A stretch of 64,000 nucleotides of DNA from Isurus oxyrinchus (lineage: Eukaryota): positions 4,030,001 through 4,094,000 of the forward strand of contig JANJGN010000034.1 in the NCBI GenBank assembly GCA_026770705.1. The letters run 5' to 3'. Shown here piece after piece: positions 26,021 through 37,750 of this stretch. Position 1 is the first letter of the stretch, and every line of letters starts with the position of its first letter. The notes below the pieces were generated by a model. The model was given only the letters and a program-made list of their open reading frames with translations. It made no database searches and had not been told where the DNA came from. Both the position numbers and the translations under genes were made by a program.

Positions 26021-29000
26021 TATATTCCTCCCAACGAAGAATAAAACGATAATTATAGGAGGACTTAAGATTTCTGTATTCTGATGCACGGTATAAATCT
26101 AAAAAAGTAAACAAATCCTGACTGCCATTTATAAGCCACATATTTGAATAATCTTTACCAGCATTGCCCCAACAACAGTCGCACAATAATTGGCTCACGA
26201 GCAACACTTCAATAGCAATTAAAATGTGCACTAAATAATAACCATCCTTGCTGCCTACATCGCACGAACAATATCAAAAATTAACTCCCAACTTAATATC
26301 ACCTGTTAACCACAATGAAATGTGTCCACGGTCACTGCCTGGAATTGCATATAATTTAGAGCACAAAAGCAAGTCTTTCCAACCAACCTATTTATGCTGC
26401 TTTCTCTAGGACATAAGAAACGTCTGCCAAGTTTTCATCACTGCATAGGCCCTTTTGCTCCCATTCAAGAATACGTAAGGAAAGCTGATTGACATCTGCC
26501 ACCCCTCGTCCAATGCAACACAGCCCCTTGATGATAAATACAATGTTTGAGAAGCAACAAAGCTGTCAACACTCATAATCTCCACCGGTTGGGAGACTTT
26601 TATGTCCATCAATGTTGTGTCATAGCACCCATACAGACAGTGGTAGCCAAGTCCAGATTGGCGAACCTTTTAGAATAGGCCTGCAACATGTTACAAAGTA
26701 GGGAACTATAGGGAAAAGCTTCATGGTCTCTCCATGACAGTAACAACATTGGTAAGAATGACCATGGAAGCGCAACTGCGATTATTAAGTCGACTATTCA
26801 CATTAACGAAACCCTCTATGCTATAACCATCTGCTAAATGTGAGGGATTTAAAACCCGTTTGGAAACTAAAGCAATCCAACCATGCAACACAGTCGATGA
26901 TTAGAAGCTACAGAATTATATTCAACCACCATATTCCGTTGCTTGCCCCAACATATCTCGCGCTTTGCCACAATCATCAAGTTTGTTTGGTCAGGTTGTT
27001 TCAAGGAAGAATGTAGCAATGCATGCCAGCAGCAGCAACGAGCATAACTATGACTCAGGTGACAAGCTGAAGGAGATACAATGCAGGAGTGAATGTTTGT
27101 CATTCTGAGCGGGCAAATCGTATGAGTATCGTCCTGAGGAACAGTGCATTTGATATTTCTCAATTCGAATTGCTCCGCCTGCCTGTAGAGAGGGAATACA
27201 ACAGTGTTTTCTGCACTCAGCTTACCTCGGATATGCTTGCCAAGATTTGCAGTCGTGGGTATAGAAGGATGTATTGGTTGTGGGGTGTTGTGTGGGAGCT
27301 AGTGGGGTCTGGTGTAGCAGACTTGTATCCTCTCGAGAATGTGAGATATACCCAACGATAATACATGTCTACAAGAAGTTGAATAATTGGATTTGATCCA
27401 CCGGTTCAGCACATCATTCAGCCCTCACTGTAATTTCCGAGATCAAAGGTAGTATATCTAGCAGATAGTCTTAGATCAAACGGTGCATCTCTCAGAGCTA
27501 TCAATGAGGTGGATGTCATCCAAAACACGTATACCTGTTGATTGGCAACATAACTGTCAATCCTTCTGCACCTGTGTGCAGAGGAAGCGGAGTGTTGCAG
27601 GACAACGTGCTCTCTAACAATTCTGAATGAGTCACCCTCCTACAAAAACAGGCAACCAGCAACCAGTACAACTTGGAAGCACAGGAGCTGCAATCATTAG
27701 AACATAATCATCTGCAAGCTATCCTCTAAACACATTCATTCCACACTTGGAACAATATTGTTCTGTATTCACGGTCACTTTTTTAAAAGCTGTAAATTCC
27801 TTCCTTGCTTTGCGTGTGCTTCACCACAGTAGTTGAAAGAGCCGTTGTTCACTAGATCCACCTCATGGACAGTTAGGGGTGAACAGAAAATCCCGACTTA
27901 TAATTACCCTACATGTACACGCACAAGAGAGTTAAATGAAAAATGAAATGTTATCTAACGAGCTACCAAGCCACAAATTATTAAACAGGGAGTAAGTATG
28001 ATTAGTCAGCAGAAAATCGCGATCAACAGCTACCACCCCCTTGATATTGTTACTTTGTTTCACAACTTTCCCGCGTTCACACATCTATACAGTGAAATAA
28101 TACAAAACGTTCTGCCAAACAGTGTGGGGGACGAGGTGGTGGCATTCAATGTCCAATTCGTCCTATTTCCAAAGTCATTTGGTCATTTATTGAATGGATT
28201 ATGAAAACATGAGCTCATTCTGTTTCCCAGCACCGTGACATGGCTTATTGTCCATGTTAGCCTCTTGCATTACGTTTTTACCTTAACTATGAGAAAATAA
28301 TTTCCCTTTGATCATCCACAATAGTATGACATCACATTGAATGTTTGGTATTACGAAAGTCATGTAATAACAATTTGATAACATTTAAAAATAAAATTGT
28401 CCCTTTATAGCAATTTGCGAATTTTGAAGCATAAATGAGATTAAACGTTACTCAGCAGTTATGAGTTAATGAGTCACAGTGTCTTAATTGGATTTTTCTA
28501 AGCTAATTTGGGAGTTATCATACTCTTCTACTCCTTGGAGAGAGAATAAAAATGAAGCAGTAAGTGCTAACATGACCGTACTTTCACCGAGACAAGGCTC
28601 AGGCTTTGCTCACGTTTCGGTCTACTAATCACTAACCTCACGCTTTCCTACTGCTAAGTTCATTATCAGTTCAGTTATTTTAGCACAACGAAGCATAATT
28701 GAAAAAGAGGTATGTATTTCATTTCATAATGGAACGATTCCAGATATAGCTCTATCTGATGTATTATTGTGCTTAAATTAGGTGGCCTTACATTTCTTTT
28801 GCTAGACATCAGTTAAGGTGCTTTGAAGACGTAACTATGGGAAGGGGTCTGTAATGGCTGGCTGTGTTTTCTATAATTTCCTATGATAATTTCATTGAAA
28901 ACAATCAGCCGGATTAGCATTTATTTTTAATATAGTTTTCGAACACTTGCACAACTATTTCTTTATAAACTGAATTGTGAAGGAGACGGCACAACAATCT

Positions 29001-29149
29001 CTCAGGTTTACAGAAAGAACAGGGCAAGAATAGGTTATACTAAAGTAACGCTTATGACTTAACAAAATATCCCAAGGAGGTTACCATCATTATTCTTACT
29101 TTTTTATCATTTATGCTGCACTCCTGTCCTTAGATTGTCTGCACTTTCC

Positions 29150-30480
29150 TGTCACACGTTGATTATTACTCGCCTTCTCACTACCCAGGTCCTAAGGTGA
29201 CTTTGTTCCTTTTCTTGATTTTTCAACGTCCCTTCAATTCTTCCCTCTACCGAGAAATTAATTATTTTACATTCAAATCTACAACCCAAGTTATAAGATT
29301 CGACAGGGCACTGGCCCCAGCATGGTGCAAATGAGGCCCCGCCCAACGTAAGATCTCCCTCCTTCCCCAATACTGGTGCCTGTAATCCTTGGAAAGGAAC
29401 CAGTATCTCACGGAATAATGTTAGAACCACGAATTTACCCCTCTAATCTTATTTACCCTACCCCAGTTTGCAAATGGTTCAGCTAGTAATCTGCAGTGTA
29501 TTACCTTTGTGTTTCTGCTTTTAATTTAATCAGCTGCTGCTCATAGTCCCTCAGCAGAAACTCCTTCCTACTCCTAGCTATGTTGTAGGTACACACGGGC
29601 ACCACAAAAACTGGATCCTTTCAATTGCAATCAAAGTTCCTCTCCAGCCCAGAAGAGGTGTCCTTTACCTTCGCAGCAGTTAGACAACACAGCCTTCAAT
29701 AAACTCTGACTGTGGTAAAAAGAAAAATACCTGTTTACCAAACTGTACTACCCCCTGTAACAGTTAGATGAATGTTTGATCCCACACTTGAATGGAGCTT
29801 AGTCCCACATTTCTGTGGTCCTTCGCTTATCCGCTGCAGACTGTGCCCTCGTGCAGACCAGAAGCAAGAAGCTCGTGCATATTGCAGAAGAGAGCCGGCT
29901 GAGGATCCCCCAATAATATATTTTGGATCCCCATACCTGTCTTACTCACAGTCGAACCATCCTATCCCTGACCACGGGCCAAACTTTAAAAATTAGTATC
30001 AAGAATGTGACTGCCTCCTTAAACACAATATCCAGGTAATCCTAACATTCACTGATGTGTGGCAATGTCCGCAAATCAGACTCCAGCTCATCAAAACTGT
30101 GCTAAAGTTCCTCGAGAAGGCAACACTTGCTGAAGACATGGTCACGGTGGATAGCACCGGCGCAACCATGACCCACATATCGCAGGTGCAACACATCGCC
30201 TGCCCAGCCTCCTCCATTCTTCTTAATTAATTAATGTGGATGTTAAATTTTGAAAAGTGAATTTCTTAACTGCATTTTTCAACTGTAAACGATGTCTCCT
30301 CATATAAATCACTTGGACAAAAAATAGAAATGGAATATGTACACACTAAACACCTACCTGTTCTCCTGTAGTGTCACATTTATGCTCTGAAAGGGAGAGA
30401 AAGTTCTATACGGCCAGTTTTTAATGTACATCTGCCTACACTTCACATGCAGGTCCGATCTCTATGTTTTCCCGTCTTTC
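29150..30480 (-). mobile_element. CR1 5' region with decayed ORF1 (Cys-rich N-terminus plus esterase-like domain)
   Basis: ORF 29999-30217 begins MEEAGQAMCCTCDMW, resembling the CR1 ORF1 start (CxxCxMW); downstream esterase-like remnants around 29300-29700. Confidence 0.75.
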
Positions 30481-30607
30481 CTCTGCTGTTTTAAACTGTG
30501 AAACTCTTGGCTCTCCTCTCACCGTTTTAAACTGTGAAAATCCCACTACCCTGTATCTCTTTCGAAATGTCAATATCCCTTGTCTCCTTTTGCTGATGTA
30601 ATATGAA

Positions 30608-30685
30608 GAGAGAGAAAGACAGAGAGAGATAGAGAGAGAGAGAGAGAAGAAGAGAGAGGGAGAGACACAGAGAGAGAGTGAGAGT
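30608..30685. repeat. (GA)n microsatellite
   Basis: Seen directly. Confidence 0.9.
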
Positions 30686-31039
30686 TAGGGAGGTTTGTAG
30701 AAGAGTCTGCATGAGCAAGTTAGCATAAAATGTGTTGATAGCAATCCATTACGAAGTTATGATGAAACCTGAGGCTGCAACTTGAAATTGAAGATAAAAC
30801 TTTTGCCTTCGTTCTAATTGTCCCTCGACAGATCAGCCCTTTGGCATATTCCAGCTAGCACACATCTGAATTGAAACATATTCAAGTCAGTGAATTTTTC
30901 TAATGTTACAGCTTTAGCTGTGGACAAAGTCAGCAGGTGGAGTACAGCTACATTATTAGGGAAAGGAATTTATCTTGCATTGAATCTTTTCATCAGAAAC
31001 GTGTAGAATTGGTGGGGTCAACTTAAGCAGGGGTAAAAA

Positions 31040-31090
31040 TAAAAAAAAGAAAAACTGCGGATGCTGGAAATCCAAAGGGATTCAGCAGGG
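31040..31090 (-). mobile_element. Short 3'-terminal fragment of the Neptune-type PLE
   Basis: AAAACTGCGGATGCTGGAAATCCAAA is identical to the left-arm tip at ~49526-49551. Confidence 0.75.
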
Positions 31091-31989
31091 AGTTCTGTGA
31101 CAGTATTTAACCTGATCAGTTTCAATCCGCATAGGAATAGTGGCATCAAGGTCTCCTTGTGTGACCGTGCTAATCCTCCGATGGCACAGGGATTCATCTG
31201 CCATTGATGGACCCACACAGAAATGAATAATTCAAGCTGCGTTCATAAACATCAAGATTTCATGTGAGATTTTTGAACAGGTCACATTCTGTAAGGCACA
31301 TTTCGCCAATTTCATGTAGCATCAACATCTCTGAATTATCCATCCACCGTTTTTGATTTGTTTCAATCTCCTTTACTTGTTCGATATCATTATTGCATCA
31401 ACATTCAGCAGCAATATGATAGTTGCAATTTAGCTATTTCAAGTACATGGCAGAATGATAATGCTACTTCAAAAGTCTACAATGTATTCCTATCGTTTCA
31501 CTCGTAACTGCTACATCCCATTTCGATGCAAACTTACATCAGCTTCGTTTTGATCAAACTAGCCAGCTGTATGTAAAAACTTTAGTGATTTCTATACGAA
31601 TAAAAGCAAATCTGCTTGATACATATCCATAATCAATGACGTCAAAAGTCATTGCACAACCCTGTCCAAACTTTAGTCCTAATGCCCTATTCTATCAAAG
31701 CGCTTGATTAATCTATAATCAATCTTACTACACCTTTCAAACTAAGCCAAGATGTGAATTTATTAATGGGCCTATTCCTGGAACTAGGCAAAACATTTAA
31801 CACTACAAAATTAGCATCCGCTCCCAATATACTCAAAAGAACTCTGTAATTTATGAATGCTAACTCCAATATTGCAATCAATTCTAATGCGTCGACCACT
31901 TAAATAAAAGAACTTTTCTGCTCGGCTCCGTCATTCAGGAACATACTAAAAATGCAGCCACATTTTCACTACATATCCCTGTTTGAATT

Positions 31990-32700
31990 GAATAATGTTC
32001 CAAATTAGCAAACACGACTGGGTAGTAATGGGGGATCTGGCCATGTTAGTGGCCTTGAATGTAAAGGATAAAATGTTGGATTGTCTCTTGTTGGAAATGG
32101 CCATTGCCTGGGATTCAGTCGCACTAGTGTGACTTGCCACTTATTAGCCACAGCCTGAAAGTTCTTCAATACTTCTTGCATATGAGTAATGACCACTTCA
32201 AAATCTGAGAAGTCAGCAAGTATTGTATGCATTGTTCAATCATAAGGAAACCTCATTAATTCTGCCTTTATAATGCAGGGAAGATAATTGAAGAACAACA
32301 TGAAATGGCTAGGCATCGGATCCTGCTATGAGGAACTGCCGCAGCGATGAGCTGGAACTGATATGATTTACATCTAACAGCGGCAACCATCTTCCTCTAT
32401 GCTATATGAATGCAACCAATAGAGAGACTTCTCCCTGGGTTACATTGACTCCAGTGTTGCTCGGGGTCCTTGTCGCCATTCTAGGCCTTGATGTCAAGGG
32501 TAGTCACTTTCACCTCACTGCTTAATTCCAGTTCAATTGTCATGTTTCAGTCAGGGCTGCAATGAGGTTAGAAAATACGTGGCCCTATCCGACCGTAAAT
32601 TGAACGCTAGTGTTCTGGTTATTACTAAGAAAATGTAATTTGACAGGACTTTCGGCGGCACATTACATCCTGTGAGACTAGGTTGATGGGTGGCAATTGG
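31990..32700 (-). mobile_element. CR1-clade LINE RT fragment (family of 22200-24730)
   Basis: ORF track AVANKWQVTLV and QAMAISNKRQSN, parallel to 23930-24010. Confidence 0.7.
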
Positions 32701-32759
32701 GTTGGTGAGCATTTGCTCGGCTGTTAAGTATGAACATAATAAAATATGAAAGTATAGGA

Positions 32760-34990
32760 GGGCAAAGTTGGCTATGCTGGCTGGGAATGTTTATGAAAAC
32801 GATGGGAGACAGACAATTTTTAGACATTAAAAAAGCATTACATGGCCTCAGTGAAAATGACTGTTCCGCATAGTCACATAAGGCAACGGGAAAGATGGAT
32901 CAAGCATGGCTAAAAAATTACCTTGAATTCCGTTAGATGTAATGAAGAAACCTATAAAACTGCCAGCAAATTTGGTAAGCCCGAGGACTGGGAGTGAAAT
33001 AAATTCCAGTAAACGAGGGCGAAGGAACAGGAAAATGAATGGGAAAAAATAATATGAATCCAAGCCGTCCAGAAACAAAAATGGAAATGGAATAGCTTAT
33101 TTAGGTATGTATAGGAACGATTAGCAAAGACACATGTGGTAACATTGCATTCGGAGACAGAAGAATTAATAATGGAAAGTAGGGAAATAATGGAGAAACT
33201 ATACGATCACTTTTTGACTGTGTTTATAAAGGAAGATACAGCAAACTCCCAGAAATACTGGGGATCCAAGGTAATTGTTAGAACAAGTTGCTAAATGAAA
33301 TTGATGGCAAGGAAGAAGCAATACTCGCAAAAATAATTTGAATGAAGTGCCATGAATCCTTTGGAACTGATGTATTACGTCAGAGAGTATAGATGGTGGT
33401 GGCTGTTGAGATAATGCATGCGTTGGTGATATAGTTCATAAGTCTATTGCTTCTGTATAGGCTGCTCCAGAATGCAAAATAGCAAAAGTATGTACACTGT
33501 TTAGGAAAGGGTGGCGGGGCAGGAAGAGGGATGGGGGCAAGGAAATGGAGAGATGCAGACATGTTAGTTCGACATCACAATCCGGGAAACTGTTAGAATC
33601 TATTCAAACAGGTATGGTAACGAAACATTGTTTGTGGTGGGCTGGGTGGGGGGTCCGTGAAATAAACGTTATTTCGTAATGCCAACATGAATTTATGAAC
33701 GAGGAACCATGTATGACAAACCAGTTGGAGGTTTTTCAGGGCGTTACGTTTAGCAAAGATTTAGGAGTAACAGTGGGTGTGGTGCATTTCGTTTTTCAAA
33801 AGGCTTTTGACAAGTGCTGGCTTAGCAAGTTATAAGACATTATTTGAGCAATTGGAATTCAAATTAATATAGGAGTGTTCAATGATACTTGGTTAACAGG
33901 CGGAGAACAGAGAGAAGAGATTAAATGGAAGGAAGGCTGTTACTGGTGGTATACTGAAAAATAAGTTCAAGCGCTACTGATTTTCTCAAAATTTACAAAT
34001 TATTTGGATGCAGGAACCAAACATAATTATTCCAACCTCTCTGTTGACGCAAACGAACGTGGGACTGTATGTTACAATAAGGTTGCATGGAGACCTTAAA
34101 GGGATTTTCACAGGCAAAGTGAGTCTGCAAGGACATGGCAGTTAGATTATCAGTCAATGGGTTTCATGTCATTGACTTCGCAGAAACAATCAGAATTGCA
34201 GGTTATTTCTTAAATGTTGAAGCACTGAGAAGCGTTGACGTCCAACGGGTCTCCAGCGATCTTGTTCTTGGTTCACAAAAAGCTAGCATGCAGGTGCACT
34301 GAGCAAATTGGAAAGCAAACAGAATGTTGGCGTTCACCACAATCAGATTGGAATGCAGCTTTAATTATTTACATAGCCTGACCGAAGACCAATGAAGTTC
34401 CTTTGCACCCTTCTATGGAGTAGAGTGGTCGATCAGCAGAAGTCTGAAGTCTTGTCGGGATCGCACTTGGGATATTATGCATTGTTTTGTTCGCCATACA
34501 AAAGAAGGATATACTTTCAAGAGACATAGTTCAATGGATGTTAACCTGGCAAATCCCTGGAATGGTGGCAACGTCTTCTAAGGAGGGCAAATTGGCACTG
34601 TCTTACCAGAATTTCGAAGAAAGAGAGGTGATTTCGTTTAAACTTACACAATTCTTACAGGGCGTGAAATAATAGATCTAAATTTGATCTTTCTCCTGGC
34701 TGCTAAATCTAGAGCCGGGGGCTCACTCTCAGAATAAGGAGAATGCCATTGAAGACTTTGATGAATAAAGACTTCATCGCTCAGGTGGTGGTGAATCTTA
34801 GGGATTATCTATGAGGTTTAACTTCAATCATAAAGCATGCTAATGACTTAGATAGATTGTTCTGACACCAACAAATACGGGATATTGTGGGAAAGTGGCG
34901 TTGAGTTAAATTATCAGCCATGATCTAAATTAGTGTCGAAGCAGACGTGATGTTGCAAATGACCAATTTCTGCTCCAATTCTCCTATGTT
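32760..34990 (+). mobile_element. Decayed CR1 ORF2 (linker, RT, 3' end)
   Basis: TTTCAAAAGGCTTTTGACAAG (FQKAFDK), GGACATGGCAG and the typical 3' tail ...GACCAATTTCTGCTCCAATTCTCCTATGTT. Confidence 0.85.
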
Positions 34991-35049
34991 CATATCTTCC
35001 TCGAGCTGCAAATAAGAGTGCGACATTCTTAGCATACACTGAAGGATGA

Positions 35050-36460
35050 AAACAAAATGTCTAATTTATCATTTGATGATTTCAAACAGCAGCCTGTCCG
35101 GTGGTAACTGATCCACCGACGTGGCACAATGGTCTGCCAGAGACACATTTTATCATCCTACAAAGTTGAAGGTTTCATCAAAATCGGTGAGCAGGGGAGC
35201 CACCTTCCAATGGCCTCAGTTGTAGGAAACTTAAGTTGAAGAAGCATAATATGTGCAGACGTTACAGCAACATCCAGTTGAAGAAACTCCGAAGACCATT
35301 TATTAATCTTCCTGGTGAATTAGGGGAATCGCCAGGCTTCAGAAACATGCTCAAATGAGTGTCAGGTGTATTAAGATAGTAAAGTGCTTGAGAAGATAAA
35401 ATGTAGCCAATAGTTGGCGCTCGCATGCTTTGAAGTTAATTTCGGATTTTGATTTGCACGGGTTCATACACAATTTGCAGCAGGTGTTTGCCTATCCGTT
35501 GAAACAATGATATTTTGTAACGAGTTTCAGTAGAGGGCACGTCCAGGTTCAATGGCCGCGAATGGCCTGGAGCCAATCGACTTGGCATGAATAACAGCCA
35601 ATCTTCTCCAAGTTCTGTGCTGCGTGATGTGTTTTGGTGGTCCAATCCTTGACTCTTTAATGAAGTCATTAAGCTGTTTGGCAACAAAGAACAATGCGGG
35701 ATAAAATTCCATTGAGAACTTAGCAATGCTACAAATATTTTCGCCTCTGGCGTTGCTGGCAGAATTGGACGCCTCTGCACGTTGGCTACTGCTTGTTGCA
35801 CACCGCTGAGAATAAGATGTATCACAGGCATTGGATGGAAAATGACATCCTCCTTCGCAGCTCTACCTTTTAAGTGATAAATTTAAGATCATATGCAGTC
35901 AGAGAGATGACAATTTACCTGAGAGGTTAACGGTCCATCAACAAATTCAGTGGCCAATGCAAGGTGATTCACCTACTGATGCAACACACTTCATTTCGGT
36001 GAATCTTTGAATTTTTAAACAGTGCGCTCTTGAAAACTAGTGGCAGATTTGTGAAAGGTTTGTGGCAAACGTGCATGAGTATCCTTGCCATTGAATGGTG
36101 AATGTAAATTGGTCGAGATCTTCCCTAGCTCCTAGAATCCCCCAAACACATTAGATCGATTGTTTTTTGGGGGGACGAACTATATTTTTTTATAGCAGAA
36201 ACGACAGCAGATGTAACAAGAATTGTTACTTCCGTTCGATGGCAACTTGCATAGGGGCAAATTTACTTATGACTCAGATAACTGATACGATGTCTCCACC
36301 AGTGACCTGGCATGCATATCAGCTACATACTGAATGCATCATAACATGTGTCTTCCGTGAAATACCTGCATCCAGTAAGGGATGAACAAATTATATAATA
36401 AAGGGCTTGCTTTCTTTAGGAATGGGAAATTGCGTGACTGTGGGCTCTCTTCAAATGCAA
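35050..36460 (-). mobile_element. Ancient LTR-retroelement/ERV pol relic (RT and connection region)
   Basis: Minus-strand motifs in the expected order: PTVTQFPIPKESKPFI..LLDAGI, DQFTFTI, RLPQTFHKSATSF (cf. RLPQGFxNSP), LHQ*VNHLALAT (decayed LQYVDDLLLA), WNFIP. Confidence 0.75.
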
Positions 36461-36959
36461 TAGGGAGGTTACTGATGCTCACGTAGTCCATTTAACATGA
36501 TATTTCTAATCGTTGAATAATGAGGGCATGCGCTGCCCAAATTCGTAAAATTCCCATTGTTACCTCAGCGGTAGCAAGGTATATTTTCCACTTCTACTCA
36601 TTACAACTTCAAGACATTGTCCTACTAATCGGTAGCTTTAAGGTTTGGAATCAGCAGTCGTTATTCTTTCTGGAGTTATTGTGGCACCTTAATTAACATG
36701 AAATGATTAGGAAATATATGCTAAATAAGACATTATGAATTAGGCATGGCGGATGAAGCATTGCGACTGCATAATATGTGTATTCGTGAACAACAGTTTG
36801 ATCCATGGCAAACCCACGTGCAGTAATTGCGATAGAATTCAGGAGCTTAGTCTCAGACTCATTGAATTGGAGGCATAGATGTAGACACTGGAATGCATCG
36901 GGGTGAGGGTGGGGCGGGCGCGGGCTGGGGGTTTCTAGTTATCTGGATGCTTTGTTCCA

Positions 36960-37750
36960 GGAAGCATACTGTCATCGGCACAAGTCAGCATGCTTTCACG
37001 AAAGAGGAATCCTGTTTAAGGAATATATTGACGTTTCTGAAAATGTAACGAAATTGCTAGATAAGGAGGATCCTTCCGCCATTTCCTTTTCACGTGTGTG
37101 TCCCATTGTTAGGTCTAATTTGCTGCATTCCAAAATAGATTTATTTCTTCAACGTTTGGTGGCCGCTCTGGACATGAGTCCACATTCTCTCCAAAGGGAA
37201 CTCATATTTATTGACCCCATTGTATGTTCTGACTCAATTATGCTGCTTGTAGTTCTGCGTGAGAGAGAACACATTTTAGCAGCAGTCAGTGTGCGTTACC
37301 AGTGATATTTCATTCACTACAATGGTTGAAATGGGTGAAGAGCTGCTATATTATTCTCTTCTAGGTTCTATTTCTTGAGAACGAGGGGAGGCTCTACTAG
37401 CTAAGGGGTTTCCGGATGGAAGCCTATACCGTTGGGCTCTGGACAATATTAATAATCATTATGAGGGCGAGCAGAGACAACAGATATTGTGCGCTATCAT
37501 AGGAGTAAAGCCTTTGGGAGCACCATTCATCTTTCAGTGATTGTGGAGCTAGAAGTAATGCAATCACTTCCGGCGAGCCTGGGAAAATCTTTCCCACTTC
37601 AGTGCCGGGGTCCTGAGACCATTAAGGAATGGCTACGGCCTCCAGACTCGTGTCGATGCGACTCAATTAATCCTGAATGCATTTAGGTAGTAATTGACAC
37701 TGTATTTGGTGCGTTTCGTGGAACGGGCTCTAAAATGATTCACGAGGTTA
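36960..37750 (-). mobile_element. Probable gag relic upstream of the pol relic, homologous to the tandem-array unit
   Basis: AGTCCACATTCTCTCCAAAGG (~37177) matches AGTCCACATTCCCTCCAAGG (~39292) with collinear flanks, and it lies 5' of pol on the same strand. The gag identity is inferred. Confidence 0.35.

Noticed and set aside
26100-27300. Possible env relic of the ERV (YVFLNGSKRAYAVMKTW on the minus strand)
   Set aside because: Only one weak motif resemblance; no furin site, CX6CC motif or transmembrane segment that I can identify.
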